Shown in pieces: positions 48,134 through 58,514 of a stretch of DNA of 64,000 nt. The stretch lies in contig CAVTBR010000002.1 in the NCBI GenBank assembly GCA_963733055.1, positions 224,001-288,000 on the forward strand, written 5' to 3'. Below the pieces are notes generated by a model. It made no database searches and had not been told where the DNA came from. It was given only the letters and a program-made list of their open reading frames with translations. Source of the stretch: Candidatus Bathyarchaeota archaeon. GTDB lineage: Archaea; Thermoproteota; Bathyarchaeia; 40CM-2-53-6. Each line of letters opens with the position of its first letter. Within the stretch, counting starts at the first letter, position 1. A program made the position numbers and the translations under genes.

Positions 48134-49204
48134 ATGACGGCGATACAATCTGACCTCGATGGTCTTGTACAAGGCCTTCACCACATTACGCTCGTAACCT
48201 CAAACGAAGAATTGAACCGGCGGTTCTACACCGAAATCCTCGGCCTACGCCGAGTAAAACTTACGGTAAACCAGGACGACATCTTTCATAGGCATCTCTT
48301 TTATGCCAATGACAAGGCCGAGACGGGTAGTGCAATTACCTTCTTCGAATGGCCCGGTTTGCCCAAAGGCGTTCCCGGACTCTCGTCTCCCCATCATCTC
48401 TCATACGCCGTGGCTACTTTGGATGCGCTTCCGAAATGGCGGGCGTGGCTACTCTCGCACGGAGTTTCCGTCAGCAACCCACTCGTCCGCGACGGTCGCA
48501 TCTCCCTCTACCTGAAAGATCCAGACGGGGTTATGGTAGAGATTACCAAACCAACTGACGAAGACATCACCCAAGACTACCTACGTGAACTGAATCGTGA
48601 CGCCTCCGATGTCGGAGAGATTAGCCCTGGCATGATGCTGACGTCGTTCAACCACGCTAGCCCCGTAACATTAAACCCGGAGGTTACAATTCGGTTTCTA
48701 GACAAACTACTTGGTTTGAAGTGCTTCTACAAACGAACGAATCCAGACCAGAAGGATACAGCCATAGTTGGTATTGGCAATGAGGATCGACCCGATTTTC
48801 TGCGCTACTTCACGTCTCCAAAGGCGCCCCTGGGGGAGGTGGGGACGGGGAGTGTACATCACATAGCGATGTGTGTCGAGGATGAAGCGTCGCAGCAGAG
48901 GATACTCCGTCAAATGAATACGTTGAACGTACATAACTCCGGAGTAATTGACCGGTTCTGGTTCAAATCGCTCTACTTCCGTGATCCGGATGGGAATCTT
49001 CTTGAAATCGCAACCAAAGGTCCCGGATATGGCGCTGACGAACCTGCCGAGAAGCTTGGGTCAAGATTAGTACTTGCGCCGTGGTTGGAGCCGAAGAGGC
49101 TTGAAATTGAGGGAGCGCTCAAGGAACTCGATGCGGGAAACGCGCATACCTGGCCGCCGAGCTATCCGGCCGTTCCCTCACCACCAGAAACCCTTTCCAA
49201 TTAA
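48134..49204 (+). CDS. VOC-family ring-cleaving dioxygenase (MhqA/O-like)
   Basis: GLHHIT, TVNQDD, TFFEWP, SVHHIA, DRFWFKSLYFRDPDG.LLEIATKGPG. Confidence 0.9.
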   Translation: MTAIQSDLDGLVQGLHHITLVTSNEELNRRFYTEILGLRRVKLTVNQDDIFHRHLFYANDKAETGSAITFFEWPGLPKGVPGLSSPHHLSYAVATLDALPKWRAWLLSHGVSVSNPLVRDGRISLYLKDPDGVMVEITKPTDEDITQDYLRELNRDASDVGEISPGMMLTSFNHASPVTLNPEVTIRFLDKLLGLKCFYKRTNPDQKDTAIVGIGNEDRPDFLRYFTSPKAPLGEVGTGSVHHIAMCVEDEASQQRILRQMNTLNVHNSGVIDRFWFKSLYFRDPDGNLLEIATKGPGYGADEPAEKLGSRLVLAPWLEPKRLEIEGALKELDAGNAHTWPPSYPAVPSPPETLSN

Positions 49205-49206
49205 TA

Positions 49207-49825
49207 CTACTCCGCTCCCATAAACAGTGAGTCAAGGAAACCCACAGACTCAGTTAATGAGTTTATTCGCATATCGGGTTCCACCTTCAAATCGCCATAC
49301 TGTCTAGCCTTCCGCGCCAAAACGAACAATGAGTCAGGTCTCCACTTCGAAACATCCTCCGTGCCCTGTTCTAAGAGAATCGCACGCATCCCCGCATGTT
49401 TGGCTCCCGCAATATCAGTTGTGGGATCGTCGCCTACATGAACGATGTTCGACAGCTCCGTGTCGAGCAACCGAGCAGCTTCGTTGAAGATTCTCTGGTC
49501 CGGTTTGCGGCATCCCATCTCATTTGAGAAGACTGTTGCATCGAAAAATTTCAGCACATCATTAGTTTGCAGAAGTTTGCGGAGCGCTTCTCCCGGGCTT
49601 CGCCCCGTATTGCTGATGAGCCCAATCTTGTACCCTCGGTCTCGCAGCACGCGAAGAACCTTTCTTGATTGCGGCCATAGGCAAATCGATTCCGTGATTC
49701 GTGAGTTCACGTTGCAGGCCTTCGTATCTGTCTCGACCTCGGACTTCATCGCGGTCGGGTTCGTCGAAAATCAGTGTCTCCCAGAGGTCGAAGGTAACGC
49801 ATCGGATACTATTCTTGACTTGCAC
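49207..49825 (-). pseudogene. HAD hydrolase with internal deletion/frameshift near 49660
   Basis: Motif I FDLWETL in one frame; ISNTG, KPD and HVGDD in another; cap domain too short. Confidence 0.78.
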
Positions 49826-49971
49826 GCCTGCGCCTCTGCGATACTGGTCTAAATTAGTTTCTCGGTGTGTCGACTCAGGCTACGTCAGCCCAGTAGCTTT
49901 GATAGATGAAGGAAAAAGAAAAGTTCAGGGGCTTTATAGGCCCGAGAACAAGTTGGGATTTTCGCGCCGAT

Positions 49972-50730
49972 CTAGGAGACGGAGCTTACGTTGATGTAGT
50001 TCCCCGGACAGGATGCGCCGCTCGAGCTTGTGTTAGAGCCCTGAAGTAGCTGACCAGTCACAGTCGCCCATGACCCGTTGCCTGGAGCGTTTGATGGCAG
50101 ATTGTGCAGCGTGTAGTATTGGTAGGTGTAGCTTTCCGAGTAGACTGCGTTGGCTATCGGTATCACTAGCACTGTGCATCCGTTCTGTGCTTGGAATATG
50201 TAACCAGAGCAACTGACCGTGTTGTTGGAAGAAGAATTGGCCTGGCATGGCGGAACGAAGTTGCCGTTGTAGTAACCAAAGTAGGCGCCCTGGTAGTAGC
50301 CCGGCACCCACGGATTGGGTGGATTGTATGGGTTATAGGTGTTGTAGCCTGGCCCCGGAGAGTACATGCATCCGTAAGGCGAGCAGTACTGGTAGTATGA
50401 GGGGTTTGTTCCTAGGCCGCTTCCGGATGAGGTCGCGCCGCCGTTCGTGACTGTTACTGCTTGGGTGACTTGATTCAAGCTTGTTACAGTTTGGACTTGT
50501 GTGCTGTAGACACTCTGGGTGTTCGTAAGAAATTGCTGCTGGGTTACTGTGTTGATGTGTGGATTCATTGCTGTGTACCCTGCAAATCCTAAGCTCAAGA
50601 TTGCGACGAGGACTAGGCCGATGATGCCTGCGGTGCGGACGGAATGACCTCCCTTGGTTGTCTGTCCGGTGGGTTGATTGGTTGGTTTGGATTGTTTCGG
50701 AGTAGATTCGTTCTCGTTGTTTTCACTCAA
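49972..50730 (-). CDS. Membrane-anchored Thr/Tyr/Cys-rich surface protein
   Basis: N-terminal TM, VTQQQFLT stalk, YNPY repeats, paired Cys. Confidence 0.7.
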   Translation of the reverse strand: MSENNENESTPKQSKPTNQPTGQTTKGGHSVRTAGIIGLVLVAILSLGFAGYTAMNPHINTVTQQQFLTNTQSVYSTQVQTVTSLNQVTQAVTVTNGGATSSGSGLGTNPSYYQYCSPYGCMYSPGPGYNTYNPYNPPNPWVPGYYQGAYFGYYNGNFVPPCQANSSSNNTVSCSGYIFQAQNGCTVLVIPIANAVYSESYTYQYYTLHNLPSNAPGNGSWATVTGQLLQGSNTSSSGASCPGNYINVSSVS

Positions 50731-51144
50731 TATTCGATCGCCGTTTGCTACGTTTCCAAGAAAATTTGTTAAGCTTATTTCCACTCGGTAGAACTCTACA
50801 CTGAAAAGTAGAATTTGCCGGACTCCCGGTAAAATGAGCGGCATGGAGGATGCGTTTCGTCGCCGGTTGATGACAATGCGCCAAAAGAGGGGATTCTAGG
50901 TCAACCCTTGTCCGAAACTTCGGGTGCACGTGCAAATTTTACATCGGCCAGATCGAATCCCTAGCATTTGGCGGATCAGAGCGAAGAAAGCTGACCATAA
51001 CCGATGACGCCCTTTCGGACCCAATTGCGACCGAGAGCTGACAACCCTATGGTGTTCTACGCGTAGTTTCATCCTCTTAAATGGACGAATGGTTCAATCT
51101 GTTAATAACGGCGTAATGGGTTTCATATATTCGCTGGGTGCGAC

Positions 51145-51801
51145 GTGCGGACCATCATTCGACGCAGCTACCTGCTAACGTTTCTTGCCCTCTCATTAGC
51201 AGTAGCGATGATCGGGTCCGGTTTTGTGTACGCCGATGCATGTTCGGCCCAGTTGGGGTATCCGATAATCCCGTCTGTTTACGCTAACACGATTGTAACG
51301 GTTGTTATACCCCTCTCAGCAACTTGCTCGACGCCTTACGGCAGTCAGATCTACGCTAACGCCAACGCATACGACCTGAATACCAATACGGCTGCTGATT
51401 CCGTGAATACGGTTCTTACTTCAGTTAATGGAGGGTATACCTTCACGGGACAGTTGGGGTTCAATTTACCAGCCTCAATTCAGAGCCATTGGGTGCAAAT
51501 CGCGGTGACCATCTACAGCGACCAGTCTGGCAACCAATTAACCACGAGTGGCGAGGCATTCCAGGTTAACAGTGGGACGGTGCAAGTGATCACTACCACG
51601 ATCACTCAGCTACCTGCGGGCCAATTCGCCCCCGGTTCGACGGGAACATACAGCGGGACATACAGCGGGCGCCGCGGGTTCATCTTCGCTTACGTTGCGA
51701 TCGCGGCCATACTAGCGACGGTCATTATTGTCGTGGTCGGTCTCATCGTGTACTCACGAAGACCAACCCGCTACTACTATCCAGCTGCACCCGGCTACTG
51801 A
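51145..51801 (+). CDS. Exported protein with C-terminal TM anchor
   Basis: Signal peptide, beta domain, TTTIT linker, TM. Confidence 0.72.
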   Translation: MRTIIRRSYLLTFLALSLAVAMIGSGFVYADACSAQLGYPIIPSVYANTIVTVVIPLSATCSTPYGSQIYANANAYDLNTNTAADSVNTVLTSVNGGYTFTGQLGFNLPASIQSHWVQIAVTIYSDQSGNQLTTSGEAFQVNSGTVQVITTTITQLPAGQFAPGSTGTYSGTYSGRRGFIFAYVAIAAILATVIIVVVGLIVYSRRPTRYYYPAAPGY

Positions 51802-51850
51802 TTTCTAAAACGAGACAATGCGCGCAGAGAATCTTCTGCGCCGCCCAAGA

Positions 51851-52642
51851 CTAGGATCTTCTCTTGAAAGCGCGGTTAGCCAAGACTGCCACAAGCGCCG
51901 CCACTACTCCGACCGCGATAAGACCCAGAACCGCTATCGGGTCCGTGACCGGTTGTGTTTCTAACTGGTTCACGGTTGACGTGACATATCCTGTAATGTA
52001 TTGAGTCTGCTGTTGCGTCAAGAACTGGGTTTGCCACGTCTGAAGAGCTTGAGTTACATAATTCGTTTGAGTGACCTGCAGAGTCACGGCGTATTGTGGC
52101 GGATACGGAGGGTTCTGATAGGGAGGGTTGTAGTACTGATAGTAACTCGTGTAATAGTACGTGTAAGTCCGATAAACCGGATACGTTACAGTTGTAGTTG
52201 CCGTTTGGGTCCCGTCTACTGCGAGGACCGTACTTGTTGTCACCGTCGTTGATGGAATCGTAGTCGTATCAGTCGCCGTGCTTGTTATCGTCGCCGTAAC
52301 GGTGCCCACTGTTGAGGTCGTGTCGACTGTCGACGTCGCTGTGGTGGTGATAGTCATGGGAATCGTGGTCGTATCAGTTTCTGTGTTGGTTATAGTATCC
52401 GTTACGGTGCCGGCCGTACTCGTCACAGTATTCGTCTCAGTGATCGTCGCCGTGGATTGCGTCGTTTGAGTTTCAATGGTTGTAGAAGTTACAGGTACGA
52501 TCGTTGTACTCGTCACAACTGTCGTATCGGTCTCGGTTGTAGTGATAGCTTGGGCCTTGCCAAACTGGACCAGCGTACTCAACGCCACGAAACATACTGT
52601 AACTAATAGCAGGCCTAGAAGTATCCTCGTTCGATTTTCCAA
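51851..52642 (-). CDS. Thr-rich (mucin-like) membrane-anchored surface protein
   Basis: Signal peptide, long T-rich repeats, Tyr/Pro patch, C-terminal TM and KRRS. Confidence 0.75.
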   Translation of the reverse strand: MENRTRILLGLLLVTVCFVALSTLVQFGKAQAITTTETDTTVVTSTTIVPVTSTTIETQTTQSTATITETNTVTSTAGTVTDTITNTETDTTTIPMTITTTATSTVDTTSTVGTVTATITSTATDTTTIPSTTVTTSTVLAVDGTQTATTTVTYPVYRTYTYYYTSYYQYYNPPYQNPPYPPQYAVTLQVTQTNYVTQALQTWQTQFLTQQQTQYITGYVTSTVNQLETQPVTDPIAVLGLIAVGVVAALVAVLANRAFKRRS

Positions 52643-52908
52643 CAGCCATTCCTTACTGTGACAGAGCCGCTCCGTTTGTAGTAGGTGCTCGAGGATCGCT
52701 GGCATAAAAGGAAGATGGATGATACATCCATTCTCCAGGCCCGGAGAGCTCCACACGAGGTGCCTGGATGAATATTCCATGGCCTCACAGTGAATCAAAC
52801 TATCCGATTCACAACGGGGTTTTGAGATTCACCCTCGTTCAAAGTTCGAGCGCTGAACCGAAACTCATAAGGACAAATCCACATTTATCCCGTCAAGGCG
52901 TTGCCATT

Positions 52909-53850
52909 TTGAAACCTGGCGAACAGGTCGACTCACTCAAGTCCCCGAGGTTTTCTCAGGTAACTACGTTCGCACGCCTTCCTAACATGCAAGCGTTGGA
53001 TGGGGTTAAGGCAGCTTTCCTTGGAGTGCCTTTCGATGATGGAACAACTTTTCGGCCTGGTCCGCGGTTTGGTCCGAGGGCTGTGCGAGAGGCGTCTAGG
53101 TTGTTGCGCCCCTACAATCCAGTTCTGGACGTCAAGCCGTTTCAAGTGCTGGGGATGATTGATTTTGGTGACGTGGACGTGGTTCCTGGTTACATTGAGG
53201 ATACCTTCGAGAAGATTGAACGCTCCACGGGAAACATTTTCGCGGCTGGAGTTATTCCCGCTGTGTGTGGCGGAGATCATTCAATCACGCTTCCGATTCT
53301 TCGTGCCGCAGCAAAAGTTCACGGTGGAGGTCTTTCTTTGATTCACTTTGATGCACACTCGGATTGTTGGGACAGTTACTTTGGCCGAAAATACAACCAC
53401 GGAACAACCTTCAAGCGCGCGTTAGAGGAGAAGCTGATCGATCCAGCACGATCAATGCATCTCGGATTACGGGGCTCTGTGTATGAGAGCTCAGATTTGG
53501 CGGATCTAAGTAAGATGGGTTTCTCTGTGATTACGATGAAGGAGTTTGCCAGGCTTGGTGTCGAAGAAGCGATCAAACGAACTATAGCGCTGTCCCGTGG
53601 GAATGTCTATGTTTCGCTGGATATCGACGGTGTGGACCCGGCGTTCGCCCCGGGGACTGGTACGCCAGAGGTTGGAGGGTTCACAAGCCGGGAGATTCTC
53701 GACCTAGTTCGGGGTCTGGTTGGTGTTAACGTGATTGGATTTGATGTGGTAGAAATCTCTCCACCATACGACAGCGCCGAGGTGACTGCGCTATTGGGCT
53801 CCAACCTGTTGTATGAACTCTCATCCGTAGTCGCTAAGAACAAACAATAA
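52909..53850 (+). CDS. speB: Agmatinase/ureohydrolase family protein
   Basis: GVPFD, RPGPRFGP, GGDHSIT, DAHSD, DIDGVDPAFAPGTGTP. Confidence 0.9.
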   Translation: MKPGEQVDSLKSPRFSQVTTFARLPNMQALDGVKAAFLGVPFDDGTTFRPGPRFGPRAVREASRLLRPYNPVLDVKPFQVLGMIDFGDVDVVPGYIEDTFEKIERSTGNIFAAGVIPAVCGGDHSITLPILRAAAKVHGGGLSLIHFDAHSDCWDSYFGRKYNHGTTFKRALEEKLIDPARSMHLGLRGSVYESSDLADLSKMGFSVITMKEFARLGVEEAIKRTIALSRGNVYVSLDIDGVDPAFAPGTGTPEVGGFTSREILDLVRGLVGVNVIGFDVVEISPPYDSAEVTALLGSNLLYELSSVVAKNKQ

Positions 53851-53884
53851 CCGCACGGAGAATCACTCACGAAGGTCGACTTTC

Positions 53885-54706
53885 ATGAATCCCACCGTGG
53901 CAGTAGCGCAAATGAATTGTACGTTAGGCAATGTCAGTCGGAATCTCGACAAGATCAAAACTCTCGCACGCCGCGCCGGCCGGAGTGAAGCGGATTTCGT
54001 CTGTTTTCCCGAACTTGCCACAACAGGTTACGCACTGAACCGTTCGTGGCGCAAGCTTGCTGAAACGGTTCCGGGACCGACTTCCAATGCGCTCGGGCGG
54101 ATCGCGAGTGAGCATGGTTTCTACTTAATCTGTGGAATCGACGAACTCGACCCAAAGAGCGATAGGATTTACGACTCCTCAGTCCTTATCGACCCAAACG
54201 GTAACATTGCCGGCGTTTACAGGAAGGTCCAGCTTTGGGCAAACGAACAAAAATATTTCACATCCGGAAATTCATTCCCAGTCTTCCGAACACGGTTCGG
54301 TAGGATAGGTCTTGGAATTTGTTACGACCTCGAGTTTCCTGAACCCGCACGGATAATGGCGCTAAGCGGCGCGGATATCATCTTCTTTTCCTCAGCGCAA
54401 CCCAAGCCCATGCAGACAATGGTTGACACATATGTTCGAAGCCGTGCAGGAGAGAACACAATTTTCGCATGCCATTCCAATAGGATAGGACGCGAGGGCA
54501 ACTTGGTCTACTTCGGCCAAAGCCAAATCGTCTCCCCAACCTGCAAACCCCTTGCAAGAATGGGCGAAACTGAGGGTCTGGTTCACGCAGAGTTGGATCT
54601 TTCGATCCTCAAGAAACTTAGAAAAAACAAGTTACCCTACTTCCGAGATAGGGCATCAAGCCTCTATTCAGCTCTTGGAAAGAAGAAACTAACCAATTCC
54701 CGATAA
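53885..54706 (+). CDS. Carbon-nitrogen hydrolase (nitrilase family amidase)
   Basis: FPEL, YRK, ICYDLEFPE catalytic triad. Confidence 0.92.
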   Translation: MNPTVAVAQMNCTLGNVSRNLDKIKTLARRAGRSEADFVCFPELATTGYALNRSWRKLAETVPGPTSNALGRIASEHGFYLICGIDELDPKSDRIYDSSVLIDPNGNIAGVYRKVQLWANEQKYFTSGNSFPVFRTRFGRIGLGICYDLEFPEPARIMALSGADIIFFSSAQPKPMQTMVDTYVRSRAGENTIFACHSNRIGREGNLVYFGQSQIVSPTCKPLARMGETEGLVHAELDLSILKKLRKNKLPYFRDRASSLYSALGKKKLTNSR

Positions 54707-54788
54707 TTGTAAGCTGCTGGAGAATAAATGGCCCAGCTGGGCCACGGGCTGTCAGACCCTGTTGTTGGTGGGAGGGAGGAGGCGTGGT

Positions 54789-56390
54789 CTATTCTGGTGG
54801 GATTTGGCGGAAGATGTGGGCGAAATCTACTCCTCTACTCTTGTTGATGAAGTACGAGACGTAGTAGATTATGAATAGTATGACGATTGGGCCGAATATG
54901 AATTCCAATCCCAAATTGCCCGCAAACCCGAAGATAGCTGGCACACTGATGTATTGGTAGAATGTGTACAGCGAGTAAATTACGACAACTATTGCAGTCA
55001 ATAGGTATACGGGCCCGCCGAGGTAAGATTTCGAAATCGGTGAGGCCTTGTAATCAGCAGCTCTCCTAAACCTATAGACGAGAAGAGCAAGCCCGACAAC
55101 AAATATCGGGAATAGCAGTATGATCGCTACGGCCGCTCCGGACATAAGAAATGCGTCACCGGCAGTGGTGGGGAGGACAAAGAGAACCCCCGCAAACAAG
55201 CCGATGATTAGCGATGCAATCATTGGTTTCACAGGGGCATGGAACCTGGTACTTACCTCACCAAATTCTGCAGGCAGGATGCGGTCCATGGAATATGAGA
55301 GAAACAGCCTGCCACCAACGAACACAGCGTTCGCTTGATACCACCAGAGTTGGATCGTTGCTACAATAATTATGAAACTTCCGAGGGCAACATTGTTACT
55401 GATTGCCGCCGCAAGGAAATCCAAGTAAGGAATGACTGGGAAAGGCGGGGCTACGAAGTTTATTGAAAGCACGTAAAGGTTGGATAGGAAGTTGTAGCCG
55501 AAGGCTTGGTAGCTAAGAATCGTGGCGCCTGCGAAGATTACGAAAGTTATGATCAGAGTTGTAATTATTGCAAGAGGCATAGTTTTCTTAACTTGACGTA
55601 CTTCACCAGCAACGTAGATTGCCGAGATAATGTAGGAAAACCCTACTACGTACACAGCGTTAAGTGCAAGAGTATTTGCCCAACTGGTCGCCGCAGGGGC
55701 TGGGTTATTATTTGTTGCTCCCCAATTGTTGACGGACTGGACTAGTGTTGCGTTACCCGTTAAGGTGTTGAGTCGACTCAACGCGACGGCTTGCGGCGTC
55801 GTCCCAAGCACGATGAACATCACAGCTACCCCGATGAGAATTAGGGGTAGGATAATTTTGCCGAGCAGCTTGAAGATTCGGTAGCCGAACAAAGGCAGGA
55901 GCCCCGCAAGGACGGTCAATCCACCGCCAACAACGAGAATGTAAAATGGTTGCCCCAGGGTAGTGGCGAGACTCAGGTATCCCGGGTTATTCGTGGCGAA
56001 GCCAAGATATGCGAAGAGGGAACTCAACCCGAACGACTCTAGCGTCGTGATCGTAATTCCCATGAAGAGCGGTACAGTTGCAACAAAGTAACCTGCGTTC
56101 CCCACGAATCCGATAGCTGGGTGGAAGTATCGACTGGTGAAAACATAGTCACCAGCTGTACGGGGCGTGATAATAGAAACGATTGAGAATGCAAGTCCTA
56201 CGAAGGCCATGCCCACGAGCGCGATCAGCCCGCCGGTGAGCGGGTCGCCCCCGATCAATGGTGCGGTCGACGCAACATAAACTAGAGAGAAGAAGACGCC
56301 GACAAGCGCTAGGTTAATCCAGACTGTGTCAAGGAAACCGAACTCTCTTACAAGGCCAGTTGCGTCCCGTAGGAATACTTTCTGAGTCAT
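54789..56390 (-). CDS. APC-family amino acid/polyamine permease
   Basis: FLRDATGLVREF, PRTAGDYVF, YVAGEV, SMDRILP; ~12 TMs. Confidence 0.9.
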   Translation of the reverse strand: MTQKVFLRDATGLVREFGFLDTVWINLALVGVFFSLVYVASTAPLIGGDPLTGGLIALVGMAFVGLAFSIVSIITPRTAGDYVFTSRYFHPAIGFVGNAGYFVATVPLFMGITITTLESFGLSSLFAYLGFATNNPGYLSLATTLGQPFYILVVGGGLTVLAGLLPLFGYRIFKLLGKIILPLILIGVAVMFIVLGTTPQAVALSRLNTLTGNATLVQSVNNWGATNNNPAPAATSWANTLALNAVYVVGFSYIISAIYVAGEVRQVKKTMPLAIITTLIITFVIFAGATILSYQAFGYNFLSNLYVLSINFVAPPFPVIPYLDFLAAAISNNVALGSFIIIVATIQLWWYQANAVFVGGRLFLSYSMDRILPAEFGEVSTRFHAPVKPMIASLIIGLFAGVLFVLPTTAGDAFLMSGAAVAIILLFPIFVVGLALLVYRFRRAADYKASPISKSYLGGPVYLLTAIVVVIYSLYTFYQYISVPAIFGFAGNLGLEFIFGPIVILFIIYYVSYFINKSRGVDFAHIFRQIPPE

Positions 56391-56778
56391 GAAAAACCAA
56401 GTAACGACGGCTCGTGAGTATTTAACACTAACCACACCACATAATAGACCTGAACTTTCAGGCATTTTCACGCAGTTTTGACGCTAGGCACTGCCACGGA
56501 TCCTGGCGCGCCGATCGCTTCGCCGGGGTCGCTGTGTAGGCTTCACCATTGGAGACCCGCGATGGATAGCTTGTATCCAGAGAGTTTAGGGGTCATGTAT
56601 CGCTCTCCGAGGGTGGAATAGCGCTTGGAGCTTGGCGAGATCCGCAAATCTGCGCGAGTCCTTCGTCAGGACCAATAGCTTTGTTCTGATGCTTCTCGTA
56701 TCGGTCGGGATTAGGAACACGGAATGTGTTCTCCGCGCATTTACAAACTATTCGAAATGGTCTAACCGTGTTCCGGAG

Positions 56779-57204
56779 TTAGGTTTTCTCGATGTGTCTT
56801 TTGATTGCATCAAGTTCTCTGCGCATTCCGGACTCGATCCTGTCTTTTACTAATCCACCGAGCATCTTCGCAAATCCAGGGAGTACAATGTCCCCACTAA
56901 GAGATAATTGCGTTCCATCTGGGACTCTCTTGAAGATAAACGTCATTTTCGTTCCCGTACCGTCCCCGTCAATTGTCTCTGCTTCGATCCTTTCGTTCGT
57001 GTAAGTCACTCGTGTTTGAGATTTCAATGTTCGACCTTCAGCCTCAGCAACGGTCTCGTAGGTAGCTGTGTTTCCATCGCGGTTTAGCAGCTTGACAGAC
57101 TTCCAGTACTCGGAGTACTCCGGAGCCCTCTCGAAATCGCTCATAACAGAAAACACCATTTCAGGTGCGGCCCTTATGACCTCCGACAGTTCTATCAGGA
57201 CCAT
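56779..57204 (-). CDS. SRPBCC/START-domain protein
   Basis: IRAAPEMVFSVMSDFE..PEY pattern and C-terminal helix. Confidence 0.85.
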   Translation of the reverse strand: MVLIELSEVIRAAPEMVFSVMSDFERAPEYSEYWKSVKLLNRDGNTATYETVAEAEGRTLKSQTRVTYTNERIEAETIDGDGTGTKMTFIFKRVPDGTQLSLSGDIVLPGFAKMLGGLVKDRIESGMRRELDAIKRHIEKT

Positions 57205-57333
57205 GCCATATCACAGGTCGGTATCTGCAAGCTTGAGAAAAACATTCTCTCACCCAAGTTGGCAAGAAACTTTACCCAGTCGATATATGAGTTGAAAGAC
57301 TCGCCAAATGGATCCAAATCGGGGTACAGAAAC

Positions 57334-58443
57334 ATGAAACTGACTCCGCTGTACAATGTTCACGTGTCTCTCGGAGCACGAATGTTTACCACTGCCGCTG
57401 GATACCTAATGCCCGCCCACTATTCTACGATCGAACAGGAACACCGGTCGGTGAGAGAAAGGGTTGGAGTGATTGACCTTTCGCTCATGGGAAGAATTGA
57501 CATCAGAGGATCGGGGGCGCTAGAACTTGTAGACCAACTCGCAGTCAACGCAGCTACCAAGCTTACCGACGGGCAGGCAATGTACACAACATTCTGCAAC
57601 GAGAATGGAAATATGGTTGACGACGTCACAGTATGGCGCTTCAACCAAGAGTACTTTCGAGTTGTCACATCGTCAGTCATGCGTTACAAGACCCTGAAGT
57701 GGATCCAGGATCACCGTAGACCGGGCGCGCCAGCGTACGTGACTGATGTAAGCTCGGGCCTCGGCATGATTGCAGTTCAAGGCCCCAAGTCTCGCGATAC
57801 GCTGCAAGAAATAGTTGATTCCGACCTGGGCCAGCTGAAGTTCTTCCGTTTCATGACCACGAAGTTGGCCGGCATTCCTGCCGTAATAGCTCGGCTTGGT
57901 TACAGCGGAGAACTCGGGTATGAATGCTATTTCGCAACAGAAGACACCGTTCAAGCATGGAACAGTATCACGGAAGCTGGAAAGAAATTTCAAATTACAC
58001 CATACGGGCTCGATGTTCTAGACACCCTCAGGTTCGAGAAAGGATTCATCTTTTTCGGATACGAAGTAACAGACGCGAATAACCCGTACGAGTGCGGCTT
58101 AGAGAAATGGATCAGATCCGACAAACCTAGCTTCATGGGTAAAAGCGCGTTAGCGAAACTAAGTGTACAAGGCCCCAAACGGAAATTAGTTGGGCTCGAA
58201 CTTTCCGACGACGAGATCACACCCATCTCTCAGCCAGTAGACGTGCAAGGCAGAAGGATTGGCGAAACGGTTGCAGGCTTCCGCGGCCTAACTGTCGGAA
58301 AGAATCTAGCTTGGGCTTTTGTCGAGTCAGATAAAGCTAAGGAAGGAATCGAAGTTACCGTAAACGTGAAGGGGAAGAATAAGCCCGCACGAATCGTGGA
58401 TGTTCGTTACTATGATCCGAAGGGCGAGAGAATGCGGATGTAG
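57334..58443 (+). CDS. GcvT-family aminomethyltransferase
   Basis: LTPLY, DLSLMG, VDD, AVQGPKSR, GYSGELGYE, LRFEKG, YDPKGERMR. Confidence 0.92.
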   Translation: MKLTPLYNVHVSLGARMFTTAAGYLMPAHYSTIEQEHRSVRERVGVIDLSLMGRIDIRGSGALELVDQLAVNAATKLTDGQAMYTTFCNENGNMVDDVTVWRFNQEYFRVVTSSVMRYKTLKWIQDHRRPGAPAYVTDVSSGLGMIAVQGPKSRDTLQEIVDSDLGQLKFFRFMTTKLAGIPAVIARLGYSGELGYECYFATEDTVQAWNSITEAGKKFQITPYGLDVLDTLRFEKGFIFFGYEVTDANNPYECGLEKWIRSDKPSFMGKSALAKLSVQGPKRKLVGLELSDDEITPISQPVDVQGRRIGETVAGFRGLTVGKNLAWAFVESDKAKEGIEVTVNVKGKNKPARIVDVRYYDPKGERMRM

Positions 58444-58514
58444 GAAAACAAGTCATGTGAAGGCATGTCGGCAGTCCTAAATACGTGACACCTGGACGCT
58501 CGTATTGAGCTACA

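Noticed and set aside
51646-51669. 12-bp tandem duplication ACATACAGCGGG
   Set aside because: In-frame low-complexity linker duplication (TYSG twice) with no wider significance
54730-54743. Palindrome GGCCCAGCTGGGCC between convergent genes
   Set aside because: Single short palindrome, at most a terminator element
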